Virus record (IMG/VR): IMGVR_UViG_3300042323_000878
Coordinates: 1 to 55,988 of that record
Direction: 5' to 3' (one strand)
Length of the DNA stretch: 55,988 bases
DNA from: a virus
Taxonomy: Duplodnaviria > Caudoviricetes
Below the pieces are notes generated by a model. The model was not told where the DNA came from, ran no database searches, and saw only the letters and a program-made list of their open reading frames with translations. How positions within the stretch are numbered: position 1 is the stretch's first letter; every line of letters begins with the position of its first letter. The position numbers and the translations under genes are program-made. Below are positions 27,768 to 36,821 of the stretch, piece after piece.

Positions 27768-28723
27768 TTTACAACCCATTCACCAATATACCTAAGCAGC
27801 CTAGGTCCCATGTGCGTGGCTGGGCGCTGCATTGGGCCGAATGCCTAGGCACTACAGTTGCCGGACTTGACAGCCGGCTCGATGACCACTCTACTATCTA
27901 CATTGAACATGGAGTCAACTTTGGTGGAGTGCTTAACTTGTTTGGCGGAGTAACGGGGCAATTGGTTGATCGGTTAGATGAGTTGGTTAACTATAAAGGT
28001 AACTTAGTCAGCCTAGACTGGCCAATGCCAAACTATGCACATCAACTAAGTCTACGAATAGGCCAAGCAACATGTTCACCTAGACTGACACAAACTCTTT
28101 TGGATGCATTAGAAGAAAGATTAACGCGGTCAATCACACTGACCCAACGCGATTTGTCAGTTGACCACGTAACTATTGGTGACAGTCACTCAACTGCTTT
28201 TGCACCTGTACAATCTAGCGTCTTACGTACAAACGGGCTTACTTTACACGGGGCACTTCAAAAAGGCCACTTTATTGGGCAAATGGGCCGCTTGGTTCAT
28301 CAACCAAAGCGCGTAACTTTGGCCTGTGGATCAATAGACATCCGACACCATATAGGCCGTCAGGCAGACCCTAAGCAGGCACTTTTAGGGTTATGTGGCA
28401 ACTATTCAGACCTAGCTGACTTTTTGGCAGATGAGTATGGCGTTGAGGTTGAAATAGCGACCCCGGTGCCAGTGGAATGGGAAGGTAGAAAGATACCACA
28501 AACAGGGTTTTATAAGAAGGAGCCATTTAGCGGCACACAAGCCCAAAGGCGCGAATGGACTCAAATGTTCATTGACAAAATGTGTGAGCACGGGCTAATT
28601 AGCCCGCCTCAAGGCTGGTATTCAATGGATGGCAAAGAGTACGCAGACACCTACATGGAGCCTAACTCTTCGGTGCACATTGCACCGCCTTTTTATCGTA
28701 GAAATGATTGGGGACAACTATGA
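27764..28723 (+). CDS. SGNH/GDSL-fold hydrolase or acyltransferase-like protein in the modification operon
   Basis: IGDSHS (block I-like), GSIDIRHH (block III-like) and C-terminal SSVH (block V-like His). ATGA-coupled on both sides. Confidence 0.6.
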   Translation: MIYNPFTNIPKQPRSHVRGWALHWAECLGTTVAGLDSRLDDHSTIYIEHGVNFGGVLNLFGGVTGQLVDRLDELVNYKGNLVSLDWPMPNYAHQLSLRIGQATCSPRLTQTLLDALEERLTRSITLTQRDLSVDHVTIGDSHSTAFAPVQSSVLRTNGLTLHGALQKGHFIGQMGRLVHQPKRVTLACGSIDIRHHIGRQADPKQALLGLCGNYSDLADFLADEYGVEVEIATPVPVEWEGRKIPQTGFYKKEPFSGTQAQRREWTQMFIDKMCEHGLISPPQGWYSMDGKEYADTYMEPNSSVHIAPPFYRRNDWGQL

Positions 28724-29634
28724 GTCTATTTACCATCACGACTGACAAGTCAAATAAAGACATTCCTGATGGCATGGACATCGTACAGGCTAAGCAACAC
28801 TATGTCGCTATGCGCAAAGGTTTTGTCTCTAAGCTAAGTCCTGCGGTAGTTAAAAGATATGAGGGCAAGTGGGTATTTCGTGGCGATGTAAGTGCGAGTA
28901 GTTTGAAAGGTTATGGGGCTGAGCAGTTAATAGCTGAATGCAAAGAAGAAGTGCTTGTTTATTGCGCGCCTAGGGTAGGGATGGCTATGGACGCAATTGC
29001 TACATTGGCCAAGCTTTACGGTAAGCGTTGTGTTTTCTTTTGCCCAGCTTCTAGCGAAGCATCAATGCACCAAAAAGCGTTGCTTGCCTATGGTGCCGAC
29101 TTACGCTTCATCAAGATTGCAGCCATGCCAACACTTAATAGTTATGCAAAAAAGTGGGCCGATAAACATGGTGCAAAGTATCTTCCATTTGGCCTGGCCA
29201 AAACACCCTCAGTCACAGCAGGCATCATCAACTTGGCCGATCAAATGAAAATTGTGCCGAGTGAGATATGGATGTCAGTCTCTACCGGGACCGCAATCCG
29301 GGCCCTACAGATTGCCTGGCCAGGAGCAGCGTGTAAAGGGGTTGTTGTGGCTCGCAACATGCATGATGGTGAAATAGGTCAAGCCATGTTGTGGTCATCA
29401 TCACAGCCATTCTTAAAAGACGTTCCCGTGGCTCATAGGCCTCCCTTTCCATCGACATCAAATTACGATGCAAAATGCTGGCAAGATTTTGATGCATTTG
29501 CTGCCCCGGATGCAATCTTCATCAATGTAGGAACAGACGATAAGGTGTTGGAGATGTATAAGCAGGTAGCCAACGTGCCGCTAAAAAGCCAGCGCGAATG
29601 GCATGACCTACGTGATTTGGAGCGTGGGCTATGA
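28720..29634 (+). CDS. PLP-dependent enzyme, fold type II (tryptophan synthase beta / ACC deaminase-like)
   Basis: V.R.D.....LK (putative Schiff-base Lys), YGA.L, LPFG, SVSTGT phosphate loop, YDAK and FINVG. Confidence 0.8.
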   Translation: MSLFTITTDKSNKDIPDGMDIVQAKQHYVAMRKGFVSKLSPAVVKRYEGKWVFRGDVSASSLKGYGAEQLIAECKEEVLVYCAPRVGMAMDAIATLAKLYGKRCVFFCPASSEASMHQKALLAYGADLRFIKIAAMPTLNSYAKKWADKHGAKYLPFGLAKTPSVTAGIINLADQMKIVPSEIWMSVSTGTAIRALQIAWPGAACKGVVVARNMHDGEIGQAMLWSSSQPFLKDVPVAHRPPFPSTSNYDAKCWQDFDAFAAPDAIFINVGTDDKVLEMYKQVANVPLKSQREWHDLRDLERGL

Positions 29635-30767
29635 GAATAGAAACCACGGCCTATTATGATGAAATGGTTCGTTATGCAGCCATGGCAAAAACTCAACAAG
29701 CAGAGTGTAACTTAGGCACAATCCCGCACATGGAAGGATCAGTCAAGGATGATCTAATGCGCCATGTTGAGCTTTATGACGTGGTCAATCGCAAATACGC
29801 CGGCTTTACACAAATTGTACTTGACCTTTGGTACAACACATCGCCTGACCATCCTTACGCCCATAAGCTGCACTCTGTCAGAAAACCGATATGTAATTCG
29901 TTTCAAGGAGTTGAGAATGAGTGGTGTTTAGCTGAATGGCTTTATGTCTTTATCGTACATCGAGTCACAGGCAGCGGCATCAACTACGCCAAAAAACCGA
30001 GTGGCTATAACAACACTATTTTGCCTAAGTTTGCATCTTGTGGCAGCATCGATCAAATGGTTCAAGTCATTAAGGGTCGTGGTCCAGAATCGATTTACAC
30101 TTCTGTTGGTTATCAATTTCCGGCATTCCCTAAGAAGGTAGACGGGTACAGACTCGGCGGTGATTACTTCCTTTGTGCCTATGCACCTCAACTTGCCCGT
30201 GAAATGTCAGAATGGTTAAACTGTGGCACAAAGCATGACTTGCGCGACGTTGGCGAGTGGATGTTTGAATGGAATAAAAAGCAAGGGCTTAGGGCTTACA
30301 AATTCCAGTACGCGGCAGTCGTTAGTGATATAGCCGACTTTTTTCCCCGATATGTCAACCCGCATAGCCTGTTTTTCTATGGCACTAACGCAGTCGAGTG
30401 TTTGAAGTACGCAGCTAAGCCCTTAAGTAAAGGTAGTGAGCAAGAATTTCTAGACGAGGTATCTATGCGTTTTAGTAACGACATCGGGTCTACAGCCTAC
30501 GACGGGGAAGATATTTTTTGCGATGGAATTCGCTGGATAGAAAACTATGTACGCCCTGGCCATGACTATCAACATGTCGACAGAGATAGAGTTTGGAATA
30601 GTAGCAATATCGTAGACCACCCTTATGGCCGCCAGAAGGCAATGCTGCATCATGGCTTGATCGACTCGTTTAACAAGTTGACTGTCCACCCATCAGATGA
30701 CTACGTACTTAAGCAGGCAGGGATGAGCAAAGACCAATATACACTTAAAGTGCATGGCTTGGACTGA
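29631..30767 (+). CDS. aGPT-Pplase / amino acid:DNA transferase-like protein (HhH glycosylase-related)
   Basis: Ordered motifs D.L....LYDVVNR, F....VVSD.A, YG.NA..CL and D.ED..CD..R follow the aGPT-Pplase clade 1 pattern. Operon context supports the call. Confidence 0.6.
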   Translation: MRIETTAYYDEMVRYAAMAKTQQAECNLGTIPHMEGSVKDDLMRHVELYDVVNRKYAGFTQIVLDLWYNTSPDHPYAHKLHSVRKPICNSFQGVENEWCLAEWLYVFIVHRVTGSGINYAKKPSGYNNTILPKFASCGSIDQMVQVIKGRGPESIYTSVGYQFPAFPKKVDGYRLGGDYFLCAYAPQLAREMSEWLNCGTKHDLRDVGEWMFEWNKKQGLRAYKFQYAAVVSDIADFFPRYVNPHSLFFYGTNAVECLKYAAKPLSKGSEQEFLDEVSMRFSNDIGSTAYDGEDIFCDGIRWIENYVRPGHDYQHVDRDRVWNSSNIVDHPYGRQKAMLHHGLIDSFNKLTVHPSDDYVLKQAGMSKDQYTLKVHGLD

Positions 30768-30960
30768 CAAAAGAGGACGCTTAGTTTGCGGTTGTGGTGG
30801 TTATCACTTTCCACACAGAAAAAGAAGTCTTCGATGCTGGTATCATCCAAATGCTGAATACTTAGCAATGAGACGTCAAGGTATGGACCACATGGAAGCG
30901 ATGATTGAGTTGATATGGCATAGTGACAAAAAGCCATCAAACGATCCTTGCCCCTTCTAA
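30754..30960 (+). CDS. Small Cys/His-rich (probably Zn-binding) protein
   Basis: CGCGGYHFPHR..S..C..HP; overlaps the upstream gene. Confidence 0.6.
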   Translation: MAWTDKRGRLVCGCGGYHFPHRKRSLRCWYHPNAEYLAMRRQGMDHMEAMIELIWHSDKKPSNDPCPF

Positions 30961-30981
30961 ATACATTGTACAATTAAATTT

Positions 30982-31410
30982 ATGACTAGACCGACCCTCG
31001 ACCAGACCTATATGGAAGTTGCACGAGCATTTGCCAAACGTGCAACTTGTAGCAGAAGGCAGGTAGGTGCCGTCATTACCGGAAAAGGCTACATACTGAG
31101 CTCCGGCTATAACGGATCTTATCCTGGTTCTGTTCATTGTATAGACTCACCATGCGCAGGCTCAGGTCTGCCTAGTGGTACAGGTCTTGATAGCTGTATG
31201 AGCGCCCACGCAGAACAAAATGCTATTGCCAGGTTAAAAGACTTTGATGGTGCAGATACGTTGTACGCTACGACTTCTCCCTGCATTTCGTGTACAAAAT
31301 TGATTCTTTGTACGAATATTCGTCGCATCGTTGCTGATCAAAATTACCCGCAAAGCGGAAAGGAATTGTGGCTAAGTGCCGGCCGAGTGTGGGTCAACTA
31401 TGCGGACTAA
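30982..31410 (+). CDS. dCMP deaminase
   Basis: RATC.RRQVGAVI, GYNG, HAEQNAI and PCISC Zn motifs. Confidence 0.95.
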   Translation: MTRPTLDQTYMEVARAFAKRATCSRRQVGAVITGKGYILSSGYNGSYPGSVHCIDSPCAGSGLPSGTGLDSCMSAHAEQNAIARLKDFDGADTLYATTSPCISCTKLILCTNIRRIVADQNYPQSGKELWLSAGRVWVNYAD

Positions 31411-33184
31411 AGCAGTATTTGACATTGAGTGCTATACTAACTATTTCCTTATAGCAGTTAAGTCACTAGCAAACAATAAGCATGTTTTGTTTGAACGCTC
31501 AGATTGGACAGACTTTGACGTTGAACAGCTTAAGGGCCTTCTTAGCAAGTACACCATCATCACGTTTAACGGTAATCGGTACGACATTCAGCTCCTTAAG
31601 TACGCTATTAGTGGTGCCACCGCGACACAACTAAAAGTACTTTCTGACGACATAATTGTAAACGATCTTCGTTCATGGGTTGCTGAGTCCAAGTACAACT
31701 TGCCTAGGTGTCAGTACCTAGACCACATCGATTTGATTGAAGTTGCACCTGGTAAAGCTTCATTGAAGATTTATGGAGGTAGACTGCATAGCAGAAGAAT
31801 GCAAGATTTGCCTATAGAACCAAATGCAATTATAACTGACGACCAAAGGGCTTTACTCAGCGCGTACTGTCTAAACGACCTTGACACAACAATCGACCTT
31901 TACAATCGACTTAAGGGTCAAATAGAACTACGCGAGCAAATGGGTAAAGAGTATGGTATCGACCTACGCTCAAAGTCTGATGCACAGATAGCCGAGGCCG
32001 TGATAAAAAAACAGATTGAGGCGATCAAAGGGGACCGAGTCTATCGGCCTGACTTGCCTAAAAACTACTCGTTTAAGTATGTTGCACCCTCGTTCATACA
32101 GTTTAGCGATCCACAACTTAAACATGCACTAAACGTATTTGAAACACACCCTTTTACACTTGACGAAAAAGGCGACGTCGCTGAGCCTGAAGAGGTCGGC
32201 AAGCTTAAGATCAAACTTGGTCGCAGCGAGTACCAACTAGGCATTGGGGGCATTCATTCTTGCGAGAAGAAAGTCCACTATGTAGCTGACCAAGACCACT
32301 TACTCATAGATCGTGATGTCACGAGCTACTATCCAAACATCATTTTGAGTCAAAGGCTTTTTCCTAAGCACATTGGGCCTGAATTCCTGACCGTATATAA
32401 AGGGCTTGTCGATCGGCGCGTTAAGGCTAAGCGCGATGGTGACAAAGTGACTAATGAGGCACTTAAGGTGACGATAAATGGATCCTTTGGCAAGTTTGGA
32501 AGCCGGTGGTCGGCCCTTTACGGTCCAAACCTGTTGATTCAAACAACCGTGACAGGCCAGCTCAGTTTGCTTATGTTGATAGAGGCTCTTGAAGAGGCAG
32601 GCATACAGGTTGTGAGTGCCAATACTGACGGCATCGTGATCTATTGCCACAAGCGCAACCAAGCGGTCCTAAATCAAACAATTGTTGCTTGGGAAGAGGC
32701 AACCGGCTTTACCACAGAAGAGACCAGCTATACTGCACTCTACTCCCGTGACATTAACAACTACCTGGCGCTCAAGCCAGGGGGAAGCTATAAGGCCAAA
32801 GGGACATACGCTGATGCGGACTTGTCTAAAACCCCTACTGCTCAGATATGCACCCAAGCGGTTGTGGATTATCTACAGCTAGGTATACCGATTCAAACGA
32901 CCATTCACTCTTGCCAGGACATTCGTCAGTTTGTGTCTGTCAGGTCTGTCACCGGCGGGGCTGTCAAAGGGGATAAATACTTAGGCAAAGCGGTACGTTG
33001 GTACTATGCAAAAGGAGAGAAAGGTGCCATTAACTACAAGAAAAATGGCAACAAGGTTGCTATGACCGATGGAGCAAAGCCACTAATGCTGCTGACTGAC
33101 ACTTTGCCAGAAGACCTCGACTATGAATGGTATGTGGCAAAAACCATGTCTATACTTAAAGATTTGGGGGTTGTTACAAAATAG
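31400..33184 (+). CDS. Family B DNA polymerase with 3'-5' exonuclease
   Basis: FDIECY, FNG.RYD and YC.ND exonuclease motifs; DVTSYYP, K...NG.FGK.G and ANTDG polymerase B motifs. Confidence 0.9.
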   Translation: MRTKAVFDIECYTNYFLIAVKSLANNKHVLFERSDWTDFDVEQLKGLLSKYTIITFNGNRYDIQLLKYAISGATATQLKVLSDDIIVNDLRSWVAESKYNLPRCQYLDHIDLIEVAPGKASLKIYGGRLHSRRMQDLPIEPNAIITDDQRALLSAYCLNDLDTTIDLYNRLKGQIELREQMGKEYGIDLRSKSDAQIAEAVIKKQIEAIKGDRVYRPDLPKNYSFKYVAPSFIQFSDPQLKHALNVFETHPFTLDEKGDVAEPEEVGKLKIKLGRSEYQLGIGGIHSCEKKVHYVADQDHLLIDRDVTSYYPNIILSQRLFPKHIGPEFLTVYKGLVDRRVKAKRDGDKVTNEALKVTINGSFGKFGSRWSALYGPNLLIQTTVTGQLSLLMLIEALEEAGIQVVSANTDGIVIYCHKRNQAVLNQTIVAWEEATGFTTEETSYTALYSRDINNYLALKPGGSYKAKGTYADADLSKTPTAQICTQAVVDYLQLGIPIQTTIHSCQDIRQFVSVRSVTGGAVKGDKYLGKAVRWYYAKGEKGAINYKKNGNKVAMTDGAKPLMLLTDTLPEDLDYEWYVAKTMSILKDLGVVTK

Positions 33185-33239
33185 TTGTACAACTCTTAAA
33201 AAAGTAGTGTACAATGCACTTACGGCAATATCGCCGTCT
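33173..33239 (+). promoter_or_regulatory. Early promoter/operator repeat copy 3
   Basis: Near-identical to 21305-21366; heads the small-gene array. Confidence 0.8.
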
Positions 33240-34313
33240 CAAAGTCTTAAAGGAAATATTATGCGAAAACTTAAACGTCTTCAAATTACAAAAATGCGTT
33301 TTCAAACCGTCTTCTTTTGCGGATTCAAAACTTACACAATGAGTCTGAAATGAAAAAGTACTTAGTAACTTTTCAAGAGTCAGGCAAACCTCGCGTTAGG
33401 TTTATCGTTTTGGGCAAAAGTTCACTTGAATCACTTGAATCACTGCCAAAAAGCATTGTTGGTGACGCATACATCTCTGTGCGCCCTGCGACAGCTGAAG
33501 ACATTAGTCAGTATGGAGATGTGAAATGACTCCTCTGGAAGCTTTGTACGCACGACTCGGCCACCCACGGTGGTTCTGGCCTGCGGTGATGGCTGTGCTG
33601 CTGTTGCTCGTCTTGATCGGAGGCAACGACCAATGATCGACAAAGTTTTGTCTTACGTCATGACCGCGCTTGCTGGCATAGGTGTGGTCTCGCTGCTGTT
33701 TGCAGGGATGATCCTCATGACGCCGCAACCTAAGACCCGCCCTGTCTCACTGACCAACCCCACCCCTTGCGAACTGAAGGGCGGCGAGAACGCAGTGGAG
33801 CAGGATGGTAAATGTTTCACAAAGAAAGGACGGGAAATCAAATGAACATCACCCAACAACTCAAGCGAGTCTTTCGCAAGCTCACTCCTGCGGAGATGGC
33901 AGCAACGGAACTGGCGGAGGCTGAGTTGAACCGGCTCGACGCACAGACAGCAGTTGAGTACGCCACATCGGTGGTCGGTTACGAGGACGCAAGGATCAAG
34001 CGCCTCAGGAAATTCTTGGCAGATCAGGAGAAGGCATCATGACCGGAGCCGTTTTAGCCGGCATTTTGTCTACCTTTGTTTTTTCGTTGGTAATTTTTGG
34101 TATCTTTACGTTTGTTCTGCATAGTCGGATTATGTCGTTGGAGCGTGAAGTGCGGCTTCTTGACTCCGAGGCTGCGTCATTTAAGCACCTGCTCGACGAA
34201 AGAACAAAACAGTTTTACGCACGGCAACAACTGCTTGAGCAAGCACTGGGCATGACCTTTGTCCCAGCACAAACACACAAAGAACCTGCACGGTTTGTGA
34301 AAGGAGAAACACT

Positions 34314-34823
34314 ATGAAAACACCACACCCACAAGGCGGAATAAGTTATTACGGAGCAGGACAACAAGGCAAAGTTCAACCTGACTTGCATACCCCTTGC
34401 TTGCATCAGATGAATTCGGGAATTGGTGAACCCAAAGGAACAACCACACAGGAACAAACAAAGGCAATCATGAAAACACCACACCAATCGAATTCAACAC
34501 ATGGCCTCAAACCGTGCCCATTTTGCGGAGGGGATGCAGAGCATCAAAAAGATGATTTGCGGCATGGATACGATGAATACGAGCGGGAAGAAACCTATCA
34601 CTTTATAAAATGCAAAAATTGTGGCTCATCCTCTGGCCGACTTCACCAAAAGCACCTGTGCGATTTCACGAAATACACGGTGCGAGATTTCCGCGAAAAC
34701 CCGATTCTCAGGGCCAAAGTGGAAGACGAATATAGCGCCTACTGTGAGCAGTTGAAGCAGCTTTCTATTGACGCATGGAACTTGCGTACTGCCATTACCA
34801 AAGCAACTGGTGGTGCAGTATGA
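34314..34823 (+). CDS. Lar-like (restriction alleviation) Zn-ribbon protein
   Basis: LKPCPFCGG...C..CG...AWN.R. Second possible start at 34470. Confidence 0.65.
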   Translation: MKTPHPQGGISYYGAGQQGKVQPDLHTPCLHQMNSGIGEPKGTTTQEQTKAIMKTPHQSNSTHGLKPCPFCGGDAEHQKDDLRHGYDEYEREETYHFIKCKNCGSSSGRLHQKHLCDFTKYTVRDFRENPILRAKVEDEYSAYCEQLKQLSIDAWNLRTAITKATGGAV

Positions 34824-35764
34824 AAACACCACACCCACATAAAGATTTAATTATCCAATGGGCAGAGGATACGAGTTTGAAAATTGAGAGAAGAGCCATG
34901 CCAGAAGGAGAATGGCAACACGACAGCGGCTGGCAGAGGGTGCATATTACAGATTTAGTTGTTACACCAGGCTATGAGTACCGTTTTGCGCCCAAGATGA
35001 TCAGCCTCAACGGATTTGAGTATCCAGAGCCTCTATCGTCAGCACCGCCAAAAGGCACTGTTGTTTGGACTACGTGGGTAAGAAGTGTTGAATCGATAGT
35101 ATTCAGCGAGCTAAATGAATCAGCAATGGCAATGCTCAAACAACGACGCCTTCACCTAACCCGAGAAGCTGCGGAAATGCATTTTGAAGCGCAGATTAAA
35201 GCTGGCGGGGGTGAGGTATGAAAGAACTGATTGAACTGCTGCGCTTGGGCGCAAGCATATCGCGTGAGCGCCGCCTTTCACTTGACTACGCAAAGGTGGC
35301 CGATAAAGCCGCCGATGCACTTGAGCGGCTTACGCAAGGGGATGTTGGTTTGCCAGAGCCGGACGTAATAAACAAGTATCCGACACAAGGTTACTACACC
35401 GAGCAAAAGCTACTCGACTACGGCAACCGACGCGCTGCTGCTGCTGTGCTTGCGGATGAAGCACTGATGCGGGAGTGTTTGATAGAACTTTGGTGCTATG
35501 TGCCTCCAAAGCAGCGAGGGGACTTGTTCGACAAACTCAAAGCACGATTGGGGGAGAAATGAAACTTACACCATGGTACAGAGGCGACCAGAAGCCTGTC
35601 AGAGTTGGGGTTTTCAAAAGACGTTATCCATCAGGCTCAGAGGCGTATTGCTGGTGGGATGAAGAAGGGTTTAGCAACGGCTGTAAGACTGTGTACGAAG
35701 CCAAAGAGAGTAAAGACTTGGGGTACTCACTCCTTCAATCCCTCCCATGGCGCGGGGTGGCGAA

Positions 35765-36088
35765 ATGAGCCTAGACGTTTACCTTATGGAAATGAAGCCG
35801 GTCAGTATTTTCGAATCCAACATAACACATAACCTGATCAAAATGGCTGATGCTGTTGGCATCTATCGGCACCTTTGGCGACCAGACGAAATTGATGTTA
35901 CCAAAGCAGCGCAATTGATTGAGCCGCTTCAAACGGGACTTGCCAAGTTGCTGAAAGACCCCGAGAAATACAAGGCGCTAAACCCCGAAAACGGATGGGG
36001 CACCTACGATGGCCTTGTTCGTTTTGTGGCGGAATACCTTGAGGCTTGCGAAAAGAATCCATACGCAGATGTAAAGGTTTCAAGATGA
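35765..36088 (+). CDS. Conserved phage hypothetical protein
   Basis: MSLDVYL...NITHNL..MA...GIY..LW...NP.NGWG.Y motif family; ATGA overlaps. Confidence 0.7.
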   Translation: MSLDVYLMEMKPVSIFESNITHNLIKMADAVGIYRHLWRPDEIDVTKAAQLIEPLQTGLAKLLKDPEKYKALNPENGWGTYDGLVRFVAEYLEACEKNPYADVKVSR

Positions 36089-36230
36089 ACGACAAACAAC
36101 AAGCAGAAGTGATCATGAAAATGACTGCTTTGGAGTTGCTGGACTACGTGATGACGTTTCCAGAATATTTGATGGACAGCTATTACAAGGTTTTTGGCGA
36201 TGCTATTCGCGCACGATACAAGGAGTTGAA

Positions 36231-36821
36231 ATGAAATCAAACTATGGATACGCCGACCAGATGCAAGAATACGGCCGCCAGCCAGACAGATTGCAGAATA
36301 TAGGCTTCGCACCAAAGGGGCTTATGGATGCGCAAACGCAAGAGCAAATCATCGGAAAGCCCGATAACCTTGATCAAATCATTAATGAGTATGTTGAGTC
36401 CTACGAACTTCGCGGCGATGAGGGTGATTACACCCCGTCGGAAGGTGAGCTAAATCTCATTAAAGACGCCATCATTGGCTTGCTTGCTGACCCTGATTGG
36501 GATGCCGCATGGGGAACGCATATTAAAGCTCTTTCACAGCCACAGCGATATCTATGCGATCAGGCTGACCACGGCAATGGAATACCTTGCTCACGGTGTC
36601 AAGCACTACCAAGTGAGCCAACAGGCTGGCAACCGATAGAGAAAGCGCCGCAAAAAATGGCTGTTGATCTTTGGTGCAAAAGTAAGCACTGCAAAGATTA
36701 TGGGCGCAGAGTTACTAATGTTTGTTTAGTGGGGGATGCATGGTACGGATCAGGCCTCCCAAATGCAACTTTTGGCGAATACGCCTCCCACTGGATGGCA
36801 CTACCGAAAGCACCAACATGA
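36231..36821 (+). CDS. Mosaic early protein with a DUF551-like C-terminus
   Basis: GWQPIE.AP...VDLW...SHWM.LP..P. Confidence 0.6.
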   Translation: MKSNYGYADQMQEYGRQPDRLQNIGFAPKGLMDAQTQEQIIGKPDNLDQIINEYVESYELRGDEGDYTPSEGELNLIKDAIIGLLADPDWDAAWGTHIKALSQPQRYLCDQADHGNGIPCSRCQALPSEPTGWQPIEKAPQKMAVDLWCKSKHCKDYGRRVTNVCLVGDAWYGSGLPNATFGEYASHWMALPKAPT

